Source: Eledone cirrhosa (lineage: Eukaryota). Taken from it: a stretch of DNA of 64,000 nt. The notes under the pieces are model-generated. The model saw nothing but the letters and a program-made list of their open reading frames with translations. It did not search any database and was not told where the DNA came from. This document shows, piece by piece, positions 27,811 to 41,845 of this stretch (position 1 is its first letter; every line of letters begins with the position of its first letter). The DNA is taken from the NCBI GenBank assembly GCA_964016885.1, contig OZ024757.1, positions 8,990,001 through 9,054,000 of the forward strand. Direction: 5' to 3'. Both the position numbers and the translations under genes were made by a program.

Positions 27811-30800
27811 TCATCATCATCATCATTTTACGTCCGCTTTTCCCTGCTTGCAAGGGTGGGACGGGTCTTATTCAGCGCAGCATCTCTCCACTCGTCACGG
27901 TCCTTCGTCATCTCCACCGTGAGCTTCAATCATCTGAGGTCTGTTCTCACCACCTCCGCCCATGTTTTTCGTGGTCTACCTCTACCACGTCTTCCTTCAA
28001 CTGGCATTTTCTGGCACTTCTTCACCCATCGGTCATCCTCCATGCGCCTCACATGTCCATACCACCTCAGTCTCCTCTCCCGTACACTACACTCTATCCC
28101 TCTCAGACACACTTTCTCTCTCAACACATTCATGCTGAGTCGTTCACGCACATTTACACTGCACATCCAACGGAGCATGCTTGCCTGATTTCTCTCCAGC
28201 CGTCACATATCCTCTGCAGTTGCTGCCCATGTCTCACTACCATGCAGCATTGCGCTCCTCACACAGGCATCATACAACCGGCCTTTCGTACGCAGGGAGA
28301 AACCCTTCTTCGTCAGCAGAGGAAGCAGCTCCCTAAACTTCTTCCAACCCATCCTTATTCTCAACACTATGGCCTCGGAATACCCTCATCCCATGCTAAT
28401 CTGATCTCCTAGGTACCGGAAGCTATCCACCACTTCTATAGCACCCTCCTGCATTTGAAAAATGTGTCTATCACTGCGACTTCTACTGTCTAATTTCCCT
28501 GTACATCTACTGCATACGTATTTCTCCCTACCTGTTAGTTTGCCTGCTATCCCGCTACATCTCTTGTGTACCCAGGATCTGCATTGTGCGCATTTTATAG
28601 AATTTATGCCAGTTCCTTTTCTGAATATCGAACATGGCCATTTCCCTGACGGAATCAGGGTTTTGTCCTCTTTTCTACTCATCAACACTTTTGTCTCAGC
28701 TAGGTTCACTCTCAGTCCTCTTGCTTCCAACTGCTGTTTCCATAGCCAGAATTTATTCTCTAGCTCCTCTACTGATTCTGCTATAAGAACCAGATCGTCA
28801 GCATAGAGAAGTTCCCATGGACAGCCAGTCTTAAACTCCTCTGTTATGGCTTGGAGGACTATAATGAACAAGAGCGGGCTGAGGACCGAACCTTGAGGTA
28901 CTCCTACTTGTATCTGGAATTCCTCACTAAACTCCATTCCTGCCCTGACTTTACTGAGAGTACCTCTGTACAAAGTTTGCACTGTCCTCACAAGCCATTC
29001 CTCAACACCTAGCTTCCTTAGGGACCACCAGATGACAGATCGGGGTACCCTATCAAAGGACTTCTCTAGGTCAACAAAGGCTAAGTATAGTGGCTTATTC
29101 TTCTCTAAGAACCTCTCTTGCAATTGTCTCACCAAGAAGAAGGCATCTGTTGTACTCTTCCCAGGCACAAAACCAAACTGCATCTCATCTAGTTTGACCC
29201 TTTATCTAATTAGTTGTGCTAAAATCCTTTCTGCCACTTTCATAACCTGATCTATCAGTTTTATACCCCTATAATTGCTCCTCTCCAGAGCATCCCCTTT
29301 ACCTTTGTAGCAATTTATGAGAATACTGCTGCACCAGTCTTTTGGTATGACACCACCATATATAGCCTGATTGATGATGCGTGCAACCAGTTTAGTGCCT
29401 ACGTCCCCTGATGCCTTCAGCATCTCAGCAACTATTCCCGATGGTCCGGCAGCCTTACCATTTTTCATTTCCCTAATCGCCTCTTGGACCCTATATTCGT
29501 CAATCTCAATAGCTGGTCCCTCTGTCGGATCTACCAAGGGTAATTTCTCTCTCTCCCATTTGTTCTCCACATTCATCAGTCTCTCATAATGACATTTCCA
29601 GGCCTCCTTTTTCTGATCATTCGTGACACTAAGTACACCGGCATCATCCCGGACACATTTATCTTCAACAAAATCCTGATTTGCATTGACACACTGCCTT
29701 GCAATGTGAAACAGCGCATGCCTCTGATCTTACCGTCGCAGAACATTGGCAAACCTCCTACTCTCTGCCTCCCTGTGTGCTATGTACACCTGACGTCTAG
29801 CTTCTCTCTTAGTGGCTGTATATTCTTCTCTAATCCCACCCTTTTTCCAAGCCTTCCATGCTAGTCTTTTTTCTTTAATAGCCTTATCTACTGTGCTGTT
29901 CCACCACCAGGTCACTCTCTGTCTGGTTGGAGCTCTGCTCCAGCCACAAGTTTCATCAGTAGCCTGCAGCAAGTTGTCACGTGAGAAATTCCAGTTATTA
30001 TCTATGTCATACGTCTCTAAATCGTCTTCTTTTTCGTCATATACATCTTGAAGGGCTTTCCTAAATTTGTATTTTAGTGAAAGGCCTTTTAGCTTCCAGA
30101 CCTTTCTTCTCCACACCTTCCTATATGTCTCATTCCATCTCTTGCTTACTGAGATATCACTAACAACTAACCTATGCTGTGGGGTACATTCTTCCCCAGG
30201 GTATGCCTTGGTATTTGACACCATCTGCCTGTCCCGCTGCCTAACTAGTAAGAAGTCAATCTGGCTTAAGTGCTCACCAGATTTGTAGGTTATTAGGTGA
30301 TTGGCAGGTTTCTGGAAGTTGTGTTGCAAATAGTCAATGTACCTGCATCACAAAATTCAAGAAGTCTCACTCCTTCATTTCTTGAACCGTAACCGTGCCC
30401 ACCATGTACCCCAGTGTAACCATCCTGGAGCTGTCCAACATGACCATTGAAGTCTCCTGCTAGCATAACGATGTCTCCGTCTTCTGTCATTGCGGTTGTT
30501 TGTAAAAGTTGCACATAAAAGCAGTCTTTCTCATCTTTGCCTAGGCCTGCTTGGGGAGCATAGACCGAGATGATTGTCAGTAGTCTCCTACCTACAACTA
30601 ATCTAAGCTTAATTATTCGATTACTAACTCGAACTACCTCTATTGTCTTATTGATCCATTTCTCAGCCAGGAAAATGCCTACTCCCCCTAACCCATCACC
30701 CTTACCTACCCAGAATAGCTTATAGCTAAGACGTTTGCCTACGACTAGTCTCGCAGAGGCACCTCCCCATCTCACCTCTTGCACGCAGCACACATCCACC

Positions 30801-31065
30801 TGCTTTCTCTCCAGCATCTCCGCTATTTCAGCAGATCTACCTCTGAGAGTGCCAACATTAAGTGTTGCAACTCTGAGATGCGACGTCTTCATATTTTGCT
30901 GTGCTGATAAACGTTTAGGCATTGATACACTGGTTGGATGCCCTTCCTAACACCAGCGCCACTTTACAGCATGGACTGGGTGCTTTTATTTGTGCCACCA
31001 GCACTAGTGAGGATGTCTTACTAAACTCAAGGGCCCTCTCTACCCCTCCATTTTACAGCATGGTC
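27811..31065 (-). mobile_element. Near full-length RTE LINE (family 1): APE endonuclease + RT + PHD-like finger, with stops and frameshifts
   Basis: TLNVGTL, VCCVQEVRW, SVYAPQ, AGDFNGHVG, QIDFLL; NYRGIKL, QFGFVPG, LLYADD; ORF from ATG 30922 runs into the (GAT)n tail; stops near 29730, 29202 and 27930. Confidence 0.97.
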
Positions 31066-31339
31066 ATTATAAAAAAAAAAAAAAAAAAAAACTTATTGAC
31101 ACGACGCACACACACTCACACACCAACACTCATGCATACAAACCACAACCACACACACGCCACTCACATACCAACACTCATTCATGCATACAATCACACA
31201 CACCACTCACAAACACACACGTATATATATATATTACCGACAGTACTGATACAAATACAAAATCAATATCATGTCAACTGTTGACCTTTCCCAGTCCAGT
31301 TCAGCTTATATAATAATAATAATTGTTTGCTTTACGCTG

Positions 31340-31438
31340 GTAATGGCGGTGGTGGTGGTGGTGGATGGTGTCAGTATGGTGGAGGTGTGTGGTGCTAGTG
31401 TGGTGGTGGTGGATGGTCAGTGATGGTGCTGTAGTTGC

Positions 31439-31481
<43 letters not shown>

Positions 31482-31501
31482 GCTGTTGCTGTTGCTGTTG
31501 C

Positions 31502-31575
<74 letters not shown>

Positions 31576-31660
31576 CTGTTGTTGCTGCTGCTGCTGCTGT
31601 TGTTGTTGTTCTTCATTTCACTGCTGCTGCAGACAATGGTGTTGATGCTGTTATTGTAGT
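31340..31660. repeat. (GGT)n/(GTT)n/(GCT)n trinucleotide microsatellite
   Basis: Direct inspection; poly-V/L/N ORFs are artefacts. Confidence 0.95.
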
Positions 31661-32114
31661 CGCATATATATAAATACATACATACACACACATTCAACAC
31701 AGACAATTATATACACTATATATATATATACTACATACATACACTATATATATATATACTACATACATACACTATATATATATATATATATATATATACT
31801 ACATACATACACTATATATATATATATATATATATATACTACATACATACACTATATATAATGTCCAGAGGAATGGCTGAAACAGCTTGACACCAACATT
31901 TATCATATATATATACACACTATACATACTGTGTATACACTACATATATATCATCATCATCACCATCATCGATTAACATCTATCTTCCATGGCTTACACA
32001 GGTCCTATTTTGAGGCAAGTTGTGTCAGGTGACCGTGACAGCTCATATAGGGGTGTTTCTGGCTGGTTTTCTATGGCTGGATGCTCTTCCTAATGCCAAC
32101 CACATTGACAATGA

Positions 32115-33300
32115 GGTGCCTGGAGTCCCTGGATGCCAGTTCCAGTGGGCAGCTGTTGAAGAACTGCCTGGCTACATGTGCGGCCCCCCCTCACACACAG
32201 ACACCCAGTTGCACCGGACTGAACTCCTCACCCACTTCAGGTGTTATGGACCTGCAGACCAGCTTGGCATCCAGCCCCTGGAAGACATTGCCCACAGATA
32301 TGGGGCCTATGCCACCCTCTTTCTTCCTGAGAGCGGTCAGGCAGACTGAAAAAGAGGCCTTGGGCGTGAGGGTCCAGGGCGCCATGGATTAGCCTATTGG
32401 TGAGTGCCACAATTGCACTCAGAAGGCAGCGCCTGGCCTCAGCGGAGTGGGGGGATAGCAACACCTTGAGGTGGCTAGGCCGGATACCATCAGCACCTCC
32501 GCTCCTGCTAGCTGGGAAGGACTTGATGGCGGACATGATGTCTGCATTGGAAGCCACAAGGAGCAAGTGGGGATCGGGTGGGGCTATGGGTATGAGATCA
32601 GCGAGTGGTTCACGGTGCTTGAGTCGCAGAGCAGCCAGGACCTCCTCAGTGGGTTGGAGGACAGTGTCCTCTGAGGCAACCCCTCTGACTGCAGCCGAGA
32701 CATCACCCCTGATTAATTTGGCGTTTACACGGTCACACAAACGCTTGGTGCTGGAGGATTGGGGGCACCCGAGAGCGAGTGGTGTGGTGTCCTTAGGCAC
32801 GCTCGGAATGGGCACTTACCCAAAGGACGAAACACTGGCCCTGGCAAAGGCTGCTGTCGACCGGCCGCCTCGGACAGCGCCAAAGAAGGGGAGGCTGAGG
32901 TCGAGTTGGGCGAATTAGAAGAGTCGCAACCAGTTGCTAGTGCGATTGGATTCCAGGGCACTCCCAATCGAGGACCCAAGGGCATCGGCTACCGGGCTGG
33001 TCTCAGTATCCTGAGTGGGATCTAGGCGATGATGACCAGTGACGCTTGGGCATCAGGCAAGGGTGCTGTCTCATCTGGTGATGTGCTAGATGGCCGTGGC
33101 TGGGTAGATGAGGTGAAGAGACAGTTTCTGCATCTCCAATATGCGAGGTGCTGCAGGTGTCGACTGGTGGGGATGGAGGATGGGGCACGAAGAGGCATCA
33201 GGGGTGAGTGGCTGGTTGCCACCAGCCTAGGTGCTAGGCACTAATGTGTGGGTGGAAGGGAAAGTGCTGATAAGCGGGCCTACTAGCTCACCTACATCAG
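32115..33300 (-). mobile_element. CRE-clade-like non-LTR retrotransposon fragment (N-terminal RT region), decayed
   Basis: AKLIRGDVSAAVR, AALRLKH, AIKSFPASRSGGADGIRPSHLK, LTALRKKEGGIGPISVG, PVQLGV; GC-rich island. Confidence 0.8.
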
Positions 33301-33381
33301 ATATGGAGGCGTCAGAAGACAAGAGAGAAAAGAAGGGGGTGCATGGAGGGGGGACACAAGAAGGTAGAATGTTAGATGTAT

Positions 33382-33719
33382 GGAGGCACATGGCTTAGTG
33401 GTTAGAGCATTGGCCTTGCAATCGAAAGGTTGTGAGTTCAATTCTCAGACCGGGCGATGTGTTGTTTCCTTGAGCAAGACACTTTATTTCACATTGCTCC
33501 AGTTTACTCAGCTGTAGAAATGAGATGATAGGGACTGAGGTCCCTATCATTCCACTGCAAAGTGGTTGTGGAGGTGCCACGGCAAAAAAAGCACCCAGCA
33601 CTCACTGTAAATGAGGTTGGTGTTAGGAAGGTCATCCAGCTGTAGAAATCAAGTCAGAATCAGTTCCCGTCCCACCCTTGCAAGCAGGGAAAAGTGGACA
33701 TAAAATGAAATGATGATGA
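33382..33719 (+). mobile_element. tRNA-CORE-RTE SINE, full length
   Basis: Same family as 25357, 50272 and 56689. Confidence 0.92.
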
Positions 33720-34909
33720 AGACCCAGAGTTCAGCACGCACACATGCGAGCATGTTAGCAGTTTCTCATAGAACCTTGTGGCTAAAGGTGAGTCTTTCAA
33801 TCCTGAAAACATGTGTTGTTGTTGTTATTGTCACTGATGATGGAGTTGGTTTCCTCTTGTTAATGGTAGTGGTAGTGTTTGTTGGTAAGTTGTTGGTGTA
33901 TACACATATATGTTGTTGTTATTGTCACTGCCTTCCTCTTGTTGATGGTGGTGGTAGTTGAAACTGCTCCCTATTTGGGCTGCCAGGCTGCTTACTGGGG
34001 CTCAAACGCCTTCTTTAACCGAAGATGCGGGGTCGTTGTTATTTTCACTGTTTCTGTCATTGCCTTCCTCTTGTTAATGGTAGTGATAATTGTTGGTGCT
34101 ACCTATATCAGCTGTCAAGCTGGCTGCTGTATCAGCTTCTGTGAGTGACGCTCCAATGGCCTTCTTGACCAAAGATGCAGGTCAATGGCTTTTGACATTG
34201 TTTGGCAACACAACGCAAATAAATATATACACTATCATCAATTGGAAAGACCAATGGAAACATTGTTTATTGGTCCAATCTGATGAGTTCCACTCCACTT
34301 GCTAAGAACTGAGATGTTGAGATTTATTACAAAAAAAATCACTAAAATCAGGATACTGGGTTGGTATAACTACCTGGTTTGTATGTGTTGTGGTGTGGTA
34401 TGTGGTGTGTTTTGGTCTTTTGATGTGGTGTATGTGTGTGTGTGCAGGTTGATGTGTTGTTGTGTGTAATGTAAAGAGGAAATTTTACACACGTAGGACC
34501 TAGAAGGGGTGTGTGAGGACTCTACCCCCTACAACCCTCTCAGAAATAAATGGCTGAAGAGAAAGAGAAGAAAGTTGTAAAGTATTTTCAAATGTGAATT
34601 ATTTTTTTAAAAAGTCAAAATTTCAACTGTCATGAAAGTACCATCCAACAAATATTAAAATTATGCAATTATTTTATTTACACGTGGATATTTTGTCATA
34701 AATATAAATATAAACCAGTTAAGGTTTACAAAATAAACACATGAACGTTTTTTTTTTTTTAAATGATGTAGTCATAGGGGTGTCACTGGACATTTGAAGC
34801 TTGGTGGAGCCCTTCACTCTCCAAGTTTGAACAGTTGATTTCTTCCAGAGAAGGAGAGAGAATAAGAGGGAGGAAGTGAGATAGAAATATAGAGAGGAAG
34901 AACAGACCC

Positions 34910-35272
34910 CAGTGGTAGACTGGTATTGTTTTTTATCAACCTTGAATGGAGGACAGAAAGTTGACCTCAGCAGGATTTAAACTCAGAGAGCAGAGAACCA
35001 GGATAAATATGGCAGAAAACATTCTATTTATTGTTTTATAGACTTTAAATAAATGTTTCTACTTTTGACTCAAGGCCAGCAATTTGAAGATAAAGGGGAA
35101 TGCCAATTAAATCAGGCCCAGTGCATTACTGTTACTGTTTTTTATCAACCTTGAATGGATGAAAGTCAAAGTTGACCTTGGCATGATTTAAACCCAGAAC
35201 ATAAAGGACTGTAACTTTATGACACAAAGCATATCGTATGACACTCTACTGATTCTGCAAATCCACCACCCT
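34910..35272 (-). mobile_element. Two decayed Nin/Deu-domain SINE copies
   Basis: GGATGAAAG..AAAGTTGACCT..GGATTTAAAC motifs. Confidence 0.7.
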
Positions 35273-35448
35273 CAACAATGAAATGAGATTGTGTCTCTGT
35301 AATAGCCCTTAATGACAAATAATATGAAGGGGTACTTTCTACAGGGTGTATTTGTTAATTACAATACAAAACCTCTGAGAATGATTTCCAACATATTTCA
35401 CCATAAAAAATGTTCATCAATATATATTAATATTATTATTATTTACTG

Positions 35449-35855
35449 CTAGCAAGTGTAGTGTGTATATTGATATTATACACAGGTATATACATGTAGA
35501 TATGATACTTCAAATAAAATTGTAATTGAATATATAATACATAGAAATTGAACAAAGACTGTGTTACACTGTTTTATTTAATCAGTAACGTAATCCATGG
35601 TACATTAAAAAAGACGATATTATATATAAACTGCATTAGGAGAAAATTAGTGACGGAAATATATGAATGTTTATTTAAGCGATGGCCAACCGGAAGTGTT
35701 GACATTTCAGAAATTTTAAAGAAGGGAATCTTTAAATAAACAAAATATATTTAATCAACAGCCACGAAATTTAGTAATGCAACTTATTTTACTAATCGGA
35801 TAAAAAATTATAAACCGTACACAATCCCGCGCTTCTTACTTTATTATAGTTTAGA
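35449..35855 (-). mobile_element. Non-autonomous Helitron, 3'-truncated copy
   Basis: A|TCTAAACTATAATAAA 5' end; homologous to 37800-38453. Confidence 0.65.
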
Positions 35856-35899
35856 TTTATTAGGTCAGGTGGATTGGCCAGAACAATTCTACTCTTCTT

Positions 35900-36135
35900 T
35901 TTTAGATGTCACGATCTTCCATGGCATTCCTGAGATCATTAATCTCCAGCTGGACATCCTGAGACATCTGATCTATGTAGGTCAATCTCAGTCATCCCAC
36001 TAGGGTCTTACAACATTTAGGTATCCACCACAATAGCCAGCTCATCCTACCCTCAGTAGCAATGTCCAGCATATCTTGTCCTCCGCTCCCTAGTTATTGT
36101 GGTAATCTTTGATATATGTCAGTATATTTCATCGC
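35900..36135 (-). mobile_element. Decayed LINE C-terminal fragment (RTE/RTEX-like)
   Basis: Minus-strand ISKITTITRERRTRYAGHC. Confidence 0.5.
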
Positions 36136-36298
36136 TGTGAGTAATGTATTAAAAACTAAAAATAAAAATATATAGATATACACACACACACAACATATAT
36201 GTTGAGATGTATAAGATGTCTCAAGCTTCACATTTTATATTCTGCCTTCCAAAGTGTGTCTATATATTTGTGTCTTTCACATTTCACAGTGATGGGGT

Positions 36299-36804
<506 letters not shown>

Positions 36805-37657
36805 ATTTCATAAAGGAATCTCACCACTTCCACTCATATATTAAGAAATGTAGCATTCAGTTGGTAAAGTAATAAGATGTATGAAAGCGTAAGACTGATC
36901 TTGGAAGAAGAAAAAGCAAGTGCTTATATATATATATATACAATAGCACTATATATATATGTGTGTGTGTGTATCTTTTATTTTTGTTAAAGTGAGATAA
37001 GCTCTATTTACAATAACAGCCTCAGCTCATAAAACAGACGAATAAGACTTCTATAGTTAAGGTTCTTGTTATTGAAGACAGTTCAGGTGACAAGAGAATT
37101 AATATCAATAATTTCAAAAGATGAAGGTTAATATATATACATATATATATATATACAGACATACAGTGTGTAGGTATGAGAGAGAAATAAATAAATAGAC
37201 GTGTGTGTAGAAATATGTGTGTAGGTGTTGTAATAAATCAAGATATTTCACTTCAGATAGAAAAGTTCACAATGTTTGTGTTGAGGTGGAAAACGAAATA
37301 ATACGTACTTTAGTTCTCAAGACCAAATATAAAGTCAAGAAAAGTTAGTAAAAACTAAATGTTCACTGATTTCTGATTAAAATAATATTTTCCTGTCCTG
37401 TAAAATGTTGAACAAGCACTTCAATATTTAATAATACAGGTGATAAAACAACAACTATAAGGTAAATAAGTCACCTTATGTTATTTACAAACATTAACGT
37501 CCACCTTAATATGAAATAATCACCATAAAAGATAAAATTAGATGAGGTTTAAGTTGTAACAATGGAGCTGATATAAATGGTAATACTTCACCGGTGTCAT
37601 AACTTAAAAGTCGCCCACATAATTTAATACATTCAGAAACAACTTCCGTTATATGAA

Positions 37658-38453
37658 CTAGCAGAAAACCACCCGAAGGTAGCATGTGTAGTGTGTATAT
37701 TGATATTATAAGCAGGTATATATGATACATGTATATATATATATACCTGCGTATAATATCAATATACACACTACACATGCTACCTTCGGGTGGTTTTCTG
37801 ATAGCATGTGTAGTGTGTATATTGATATTATACGCAAGTATATATATATACATGTAGATATGATACATCAAATAAAACCGTAATTTACAATATATAATTG
37901 TTTCTACGTTAGGCACAAGGCCAGCAAACACCAGTGTATTACTGGTACTTTATTTTATCGACCCGGTAAGGATGAAAGGCAAAGTTAACCTCGGCGGGAT
38001 TTGAACTCAGAATGGCAAGGGCCGTAACTCTATGCGTCAAAGCATGCCGTCCGACCCTCTACCAGTACTGCCAATCCACCGCCTTGACAATTTATAATAC
38101 ACAGAAATTGAACGAAGACTGTGTTACACTGTCTTATGTAATCAGTAACGTAATCCATGATACATTAAAAAAGACGATATTATATATAAACTGCATTAGG
38201 AGAAAATTAGTGACAGAAAATTAATAGTTTATTGAAGTGATGGCCAACCGGAAGTGTTGGCATTTCAGAAATTTTAAAGAAGTGAATCTTTAAATAAACA
38301 AAATATATTTAATCAACAGCCACGGAATTTAGTAGATAAATTATGTAATATTCATTCATTATTTATTGAAAGTAATCCAACTTATGTTACTAATGGGATA
38401 AACAATTATAAACCGTACGCAGTCCTGCGCTCCTCCTTTTATTATAGTTTAGA
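37658..38453 (-). mobile_element. Non-autonomous Helitron with internal inverted duplication (37662-37800) and a nested Nin-SINE (37897-38083)
   Basis: A|TC at 38453 and CTAG|T at 37658; paralog at 35449. Confidence 0.7.
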
Positions 38454-38615
38454 TTCCTACGTTCAATAGATATGCAAGTACTTTATTCAGATTTGAATAA
38501 ATAACGTTATTAATGTTATATAACTGTTCATATTAAACCAAAACACATTATTAAAGGTAATAAAATATTTAAGTAATGGAAAATAAATAAAAAACGAACC
38601 AAACAACGAAAATAA

Positions 38616-38770
38616 TTGTTTCTGCTTTTGGCACAAGGCCAGCAATTAAATCCAGTGTATTACTGGTACTTGATTTTATCGACCTCGTAAGGATGAAAGG
38701 CAAAGTTAACCCTGGCGGGATTTGAACTCAGATCATAAAGGGAGGTAACTCTGCTTACACTGCCAATCCA
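38616..38770 (-). mobile_element. Nin/Deu-domain tRNA SINE
   Basis: GAGTTCAAATCCCGCC..GTTAACTTTGCCTTTCATCCTTACG.GGTCGATAAAA. Confidence 0.85.
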
Positions 38771-39546
38771 ATAAAAATAACAGCGAGGGACAGACTTTAT
38801 ATTTCAGTCTGAGCTGTGATGTAGCCCCACCCTACAGACAAAATGGCAAACGTGTTACCACAGAGAATAGCCAGAGACACCCACTACAACATCCACCCCA
38901 CCTCATGGGACTACTTCCTCAAATGGGCTGCTGTCTTTCTAATTTTGAGGAGGAAATCAGTAGTGTGGGGACAAAGAGGAAGTGGTTTGTCAGGCCCCAG
39001 TATTTAACTATCTCCCTCTTCTCTCTATTACAGGTAGTAAAGCCTGGGTTTGTGGCCGCAGGGAAAATGTTGGAGGCAGAGAATGATCTAACCCATGCTA
39101 AACCTCCAACTAAAGATGCTACTTGTCTTTGTCAGCTGTGGAGATTAGAGACATGTGGAATGATGTGTCTTGCTTAAGGACACAATGTACCTCCCTAACT
39201 GAGAATTGAAAACATGATATTACCATATGTTGTATGACTTCACTATACAATTTATATGTTTGTATACATATATATAGTATATATTTGTGTGTATACATTG
39301 TCTCATTCCATGAGAGTAACTTGGTCAGCCTATGAACTCCTCATCTGACCCTTCTATATGTATATACATGTTTGTCAGTGTGTGTGTACATATGTATATA
39401 GAATATTGCCACAACTACTATATACACCACATATACACTATATATAATATTGTCCAATATATATAGACTATATATCATGTTGTCCAAGGGAAAGGCTGAT
39501 ATAGATCCGCACCAGTGACATTACAACTATTATATACACTATATAT

Positions 39547-41463
39547 CATCATCATCGTTATCATTTAACGTCTACCTTCCACGCTAGCATGGGTTAGACG
39601 GGAATTGTCCCACTTGAGGCAAAATTGATCGGGTGACAGTGTCTCGCTCGTATAGAACTGTATCTGGCAGGTTTTCTAAGGCTGGATGCCCTTCCTAACA
39701 CCAACCACATTTCCAGTATGGACTGGGAACCTTTTTGTGATGACACATACACTACCTCTTTAGGTTGGACTGGATGTTGTGGTACCAACATAACTTTACA
39801 GAGACAGGGTGGTGTTGGTGGGAGTGGGAGGATAGAACAGGGGTTGTGGGTTGGGTGTATATTTGGTTATGAGGGGCCTACTGACTGTAGGTTAACTTTG
39901 CACATAGGGAAGGCAGTTCTTCTCTGTTACTGTGTGGCACCATAGATCTCAATCCAGTGACATTGTCTAAGAGAGGTGTAAGTGTGCAAAGTTGGATTTT
40001 GTGTCGTCCCAGGTATTTATGGGTCTACCTACTCCATAACTTCCATCAAATTTGATCACCCTGCACTTTTTTTTAAAGCTGTCATCTTTTATGCGCATCA
40101 CATGACCATACCAACATAATCTTCACTCAAGTAAACAGCATCTGATCCCTCTTATTCCTAATTCTCACTTAGTTCATTCATGTTTTGCCGTTCATGTATA
40201 TTACAATTACACGTCCAATGTAGCATGCATGCTTCGTTCCTTTCCAATCTGCGCAGGTCCTCTGCACACAATGCCCATGTCTCACTGCCATGTAACATTG
40301 CTGTTCATATGCAGGCATCATACAATCTGCCTTTCATTTTTAGAGAGAAACTTTTTGTGTCTAGCAGTGGTATTAGCTCTCTGAGCTTTTTCCATCCTGT
40401 TCTAACTCTGGCTACTACATTTTCAGAGCACCCTCCCCCACGGCTGATTTTATCATACAGGCAACTGAAAGTGTCCACTATTTCTATAGAACCATCTGGG
40501 CAGTAGAAGGTGCTAGTATCCTGTGGGTACTTGCTGCTTATTTCACATGAGCATCGGCCACATATAAAATCTAGATTCTTAGATAGCTTACTTGTGATCT
40601 CACTACATCTTTTATGTACCCATAGTTTGTATTTGGGACATAGAATGGAATTTCTACCTACTCCTTTCCTACACACTGACCATGGCACCGGTGCCCTATT
40701 TTCTTTTCTACATACTAGACCTTTAGTCTTAGACAAGTTAACTTTAAGGCCTTTTGATTCTAGGCCATGCCTCCATTTCTGGAATTTCTTCTCTAGTTCA
40801 GCCATAGATTCAGCTATGAGAGTTAGATCATCTGCATATAGAAGTTCCCATGGGCAGCTGGTCTTAAACCCCTCTGTTATAGCCTGAAGGGCAATAATAA
40901 ACAGGACGAAGCTAAGGATGGGGCCTTGGTGAACCCCTACTTTTACAGTAAATTCTTCACTATATTCATTGTTAATTCTAACCTTGCTGACTGTTCCTCT
41001 ATACATGGCTTGTATAGCTCTCACAAGCCATTCATTTACTCCTAGTTTTCTAAGGGTCCACCAGATAATGGATTGGGGGACTCTGTCAAAGGCTTTCTCC
41101 AAGTCAACAAAAGCTAAGTATAAGGGATTTACTTTTAACTGGGTACTTCTCCTGTAGTTGTTGTACAAGGAAAATAGCATCTGTGATACTTTTTACCTGG
41201 CACAAACCCAAACTGCATTTCATCTAGATCTATTCTGTCTTTGATTAGTTGTGCTATAACTCTTTCTGTGACCTTCATGACCTGGTCAACTACCTTAATT
41301 CCTCTATAGTTTCCTCTATTCAGAGCATCTCCTTTGCCCTTGTAGCAGTTAACGATGATGCTGCTACGCCAGTCATTTGGTATGACCCCATTCTGTATTA
41401 CTTGGTTTACTATCTGGGTGTCCATAGTATGTCCCACCATTCCAGATACTTTCAACATCTCAA
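39547..41463 (-). mobile_element. 5'-truncated RTE LINE (family 3), disrupted
   Basis: NYRGIKV, DLEKAFDRVP, LLYADDL, PHD-like cluster, (GAT)n tail. Confidence 0.95.
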
Positions 41464-41845
41464 AAGTGGCCCTGTTCAATATTTATAAAAGAAGTAGGCA
41501 TAAACTCTACAGAATGTACACAATGTAAATCTTGGATACACAAGTGATGTAGTGGGATATCAGGTAGGCTAACAGGAAGGGAAGAGTTTGTATGTAAAAG
41601 ATACACAGGGGTAATTGAGAAGAGCGTCAATGATATAAGCCTATTCCAATGACGGGAAGGATCCATAGAAGTGGTTGATAGCCTCTGTTATCTAGGTGAC
41701 TTAATTAGCAGCAGCGGAGGGAACCCTGAGAACATAAGAGCTAGAATAAGGAGAGGATGGGGAAGTTTAGAAAGCTACTCCCACTGTTGATAAAAGTTTC
41801 CTCCCTATGTACAAAAGGATGACTGTATGATGTTTGTGTGTGAAT

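Noticed and set aside
31365-31706. Poly-Val/Leu/Asn ORFs
   Set aside because: Trinucleotide microsatellite
33382-33455. tRNA gene-like sequence (also 21210, 25625, 50272, 56689)
   Set aside because: SINE heads with A/B boxes that continue into the CORE domain; no full cloverleaf acceptor stem
34280-34325. CTGATGA-GTTC..GAAC hammerhead-like motif
   Set aside because: No GAAA or stem I; homologous SINE-associated segments at 21370 and 26480 do not conserve it
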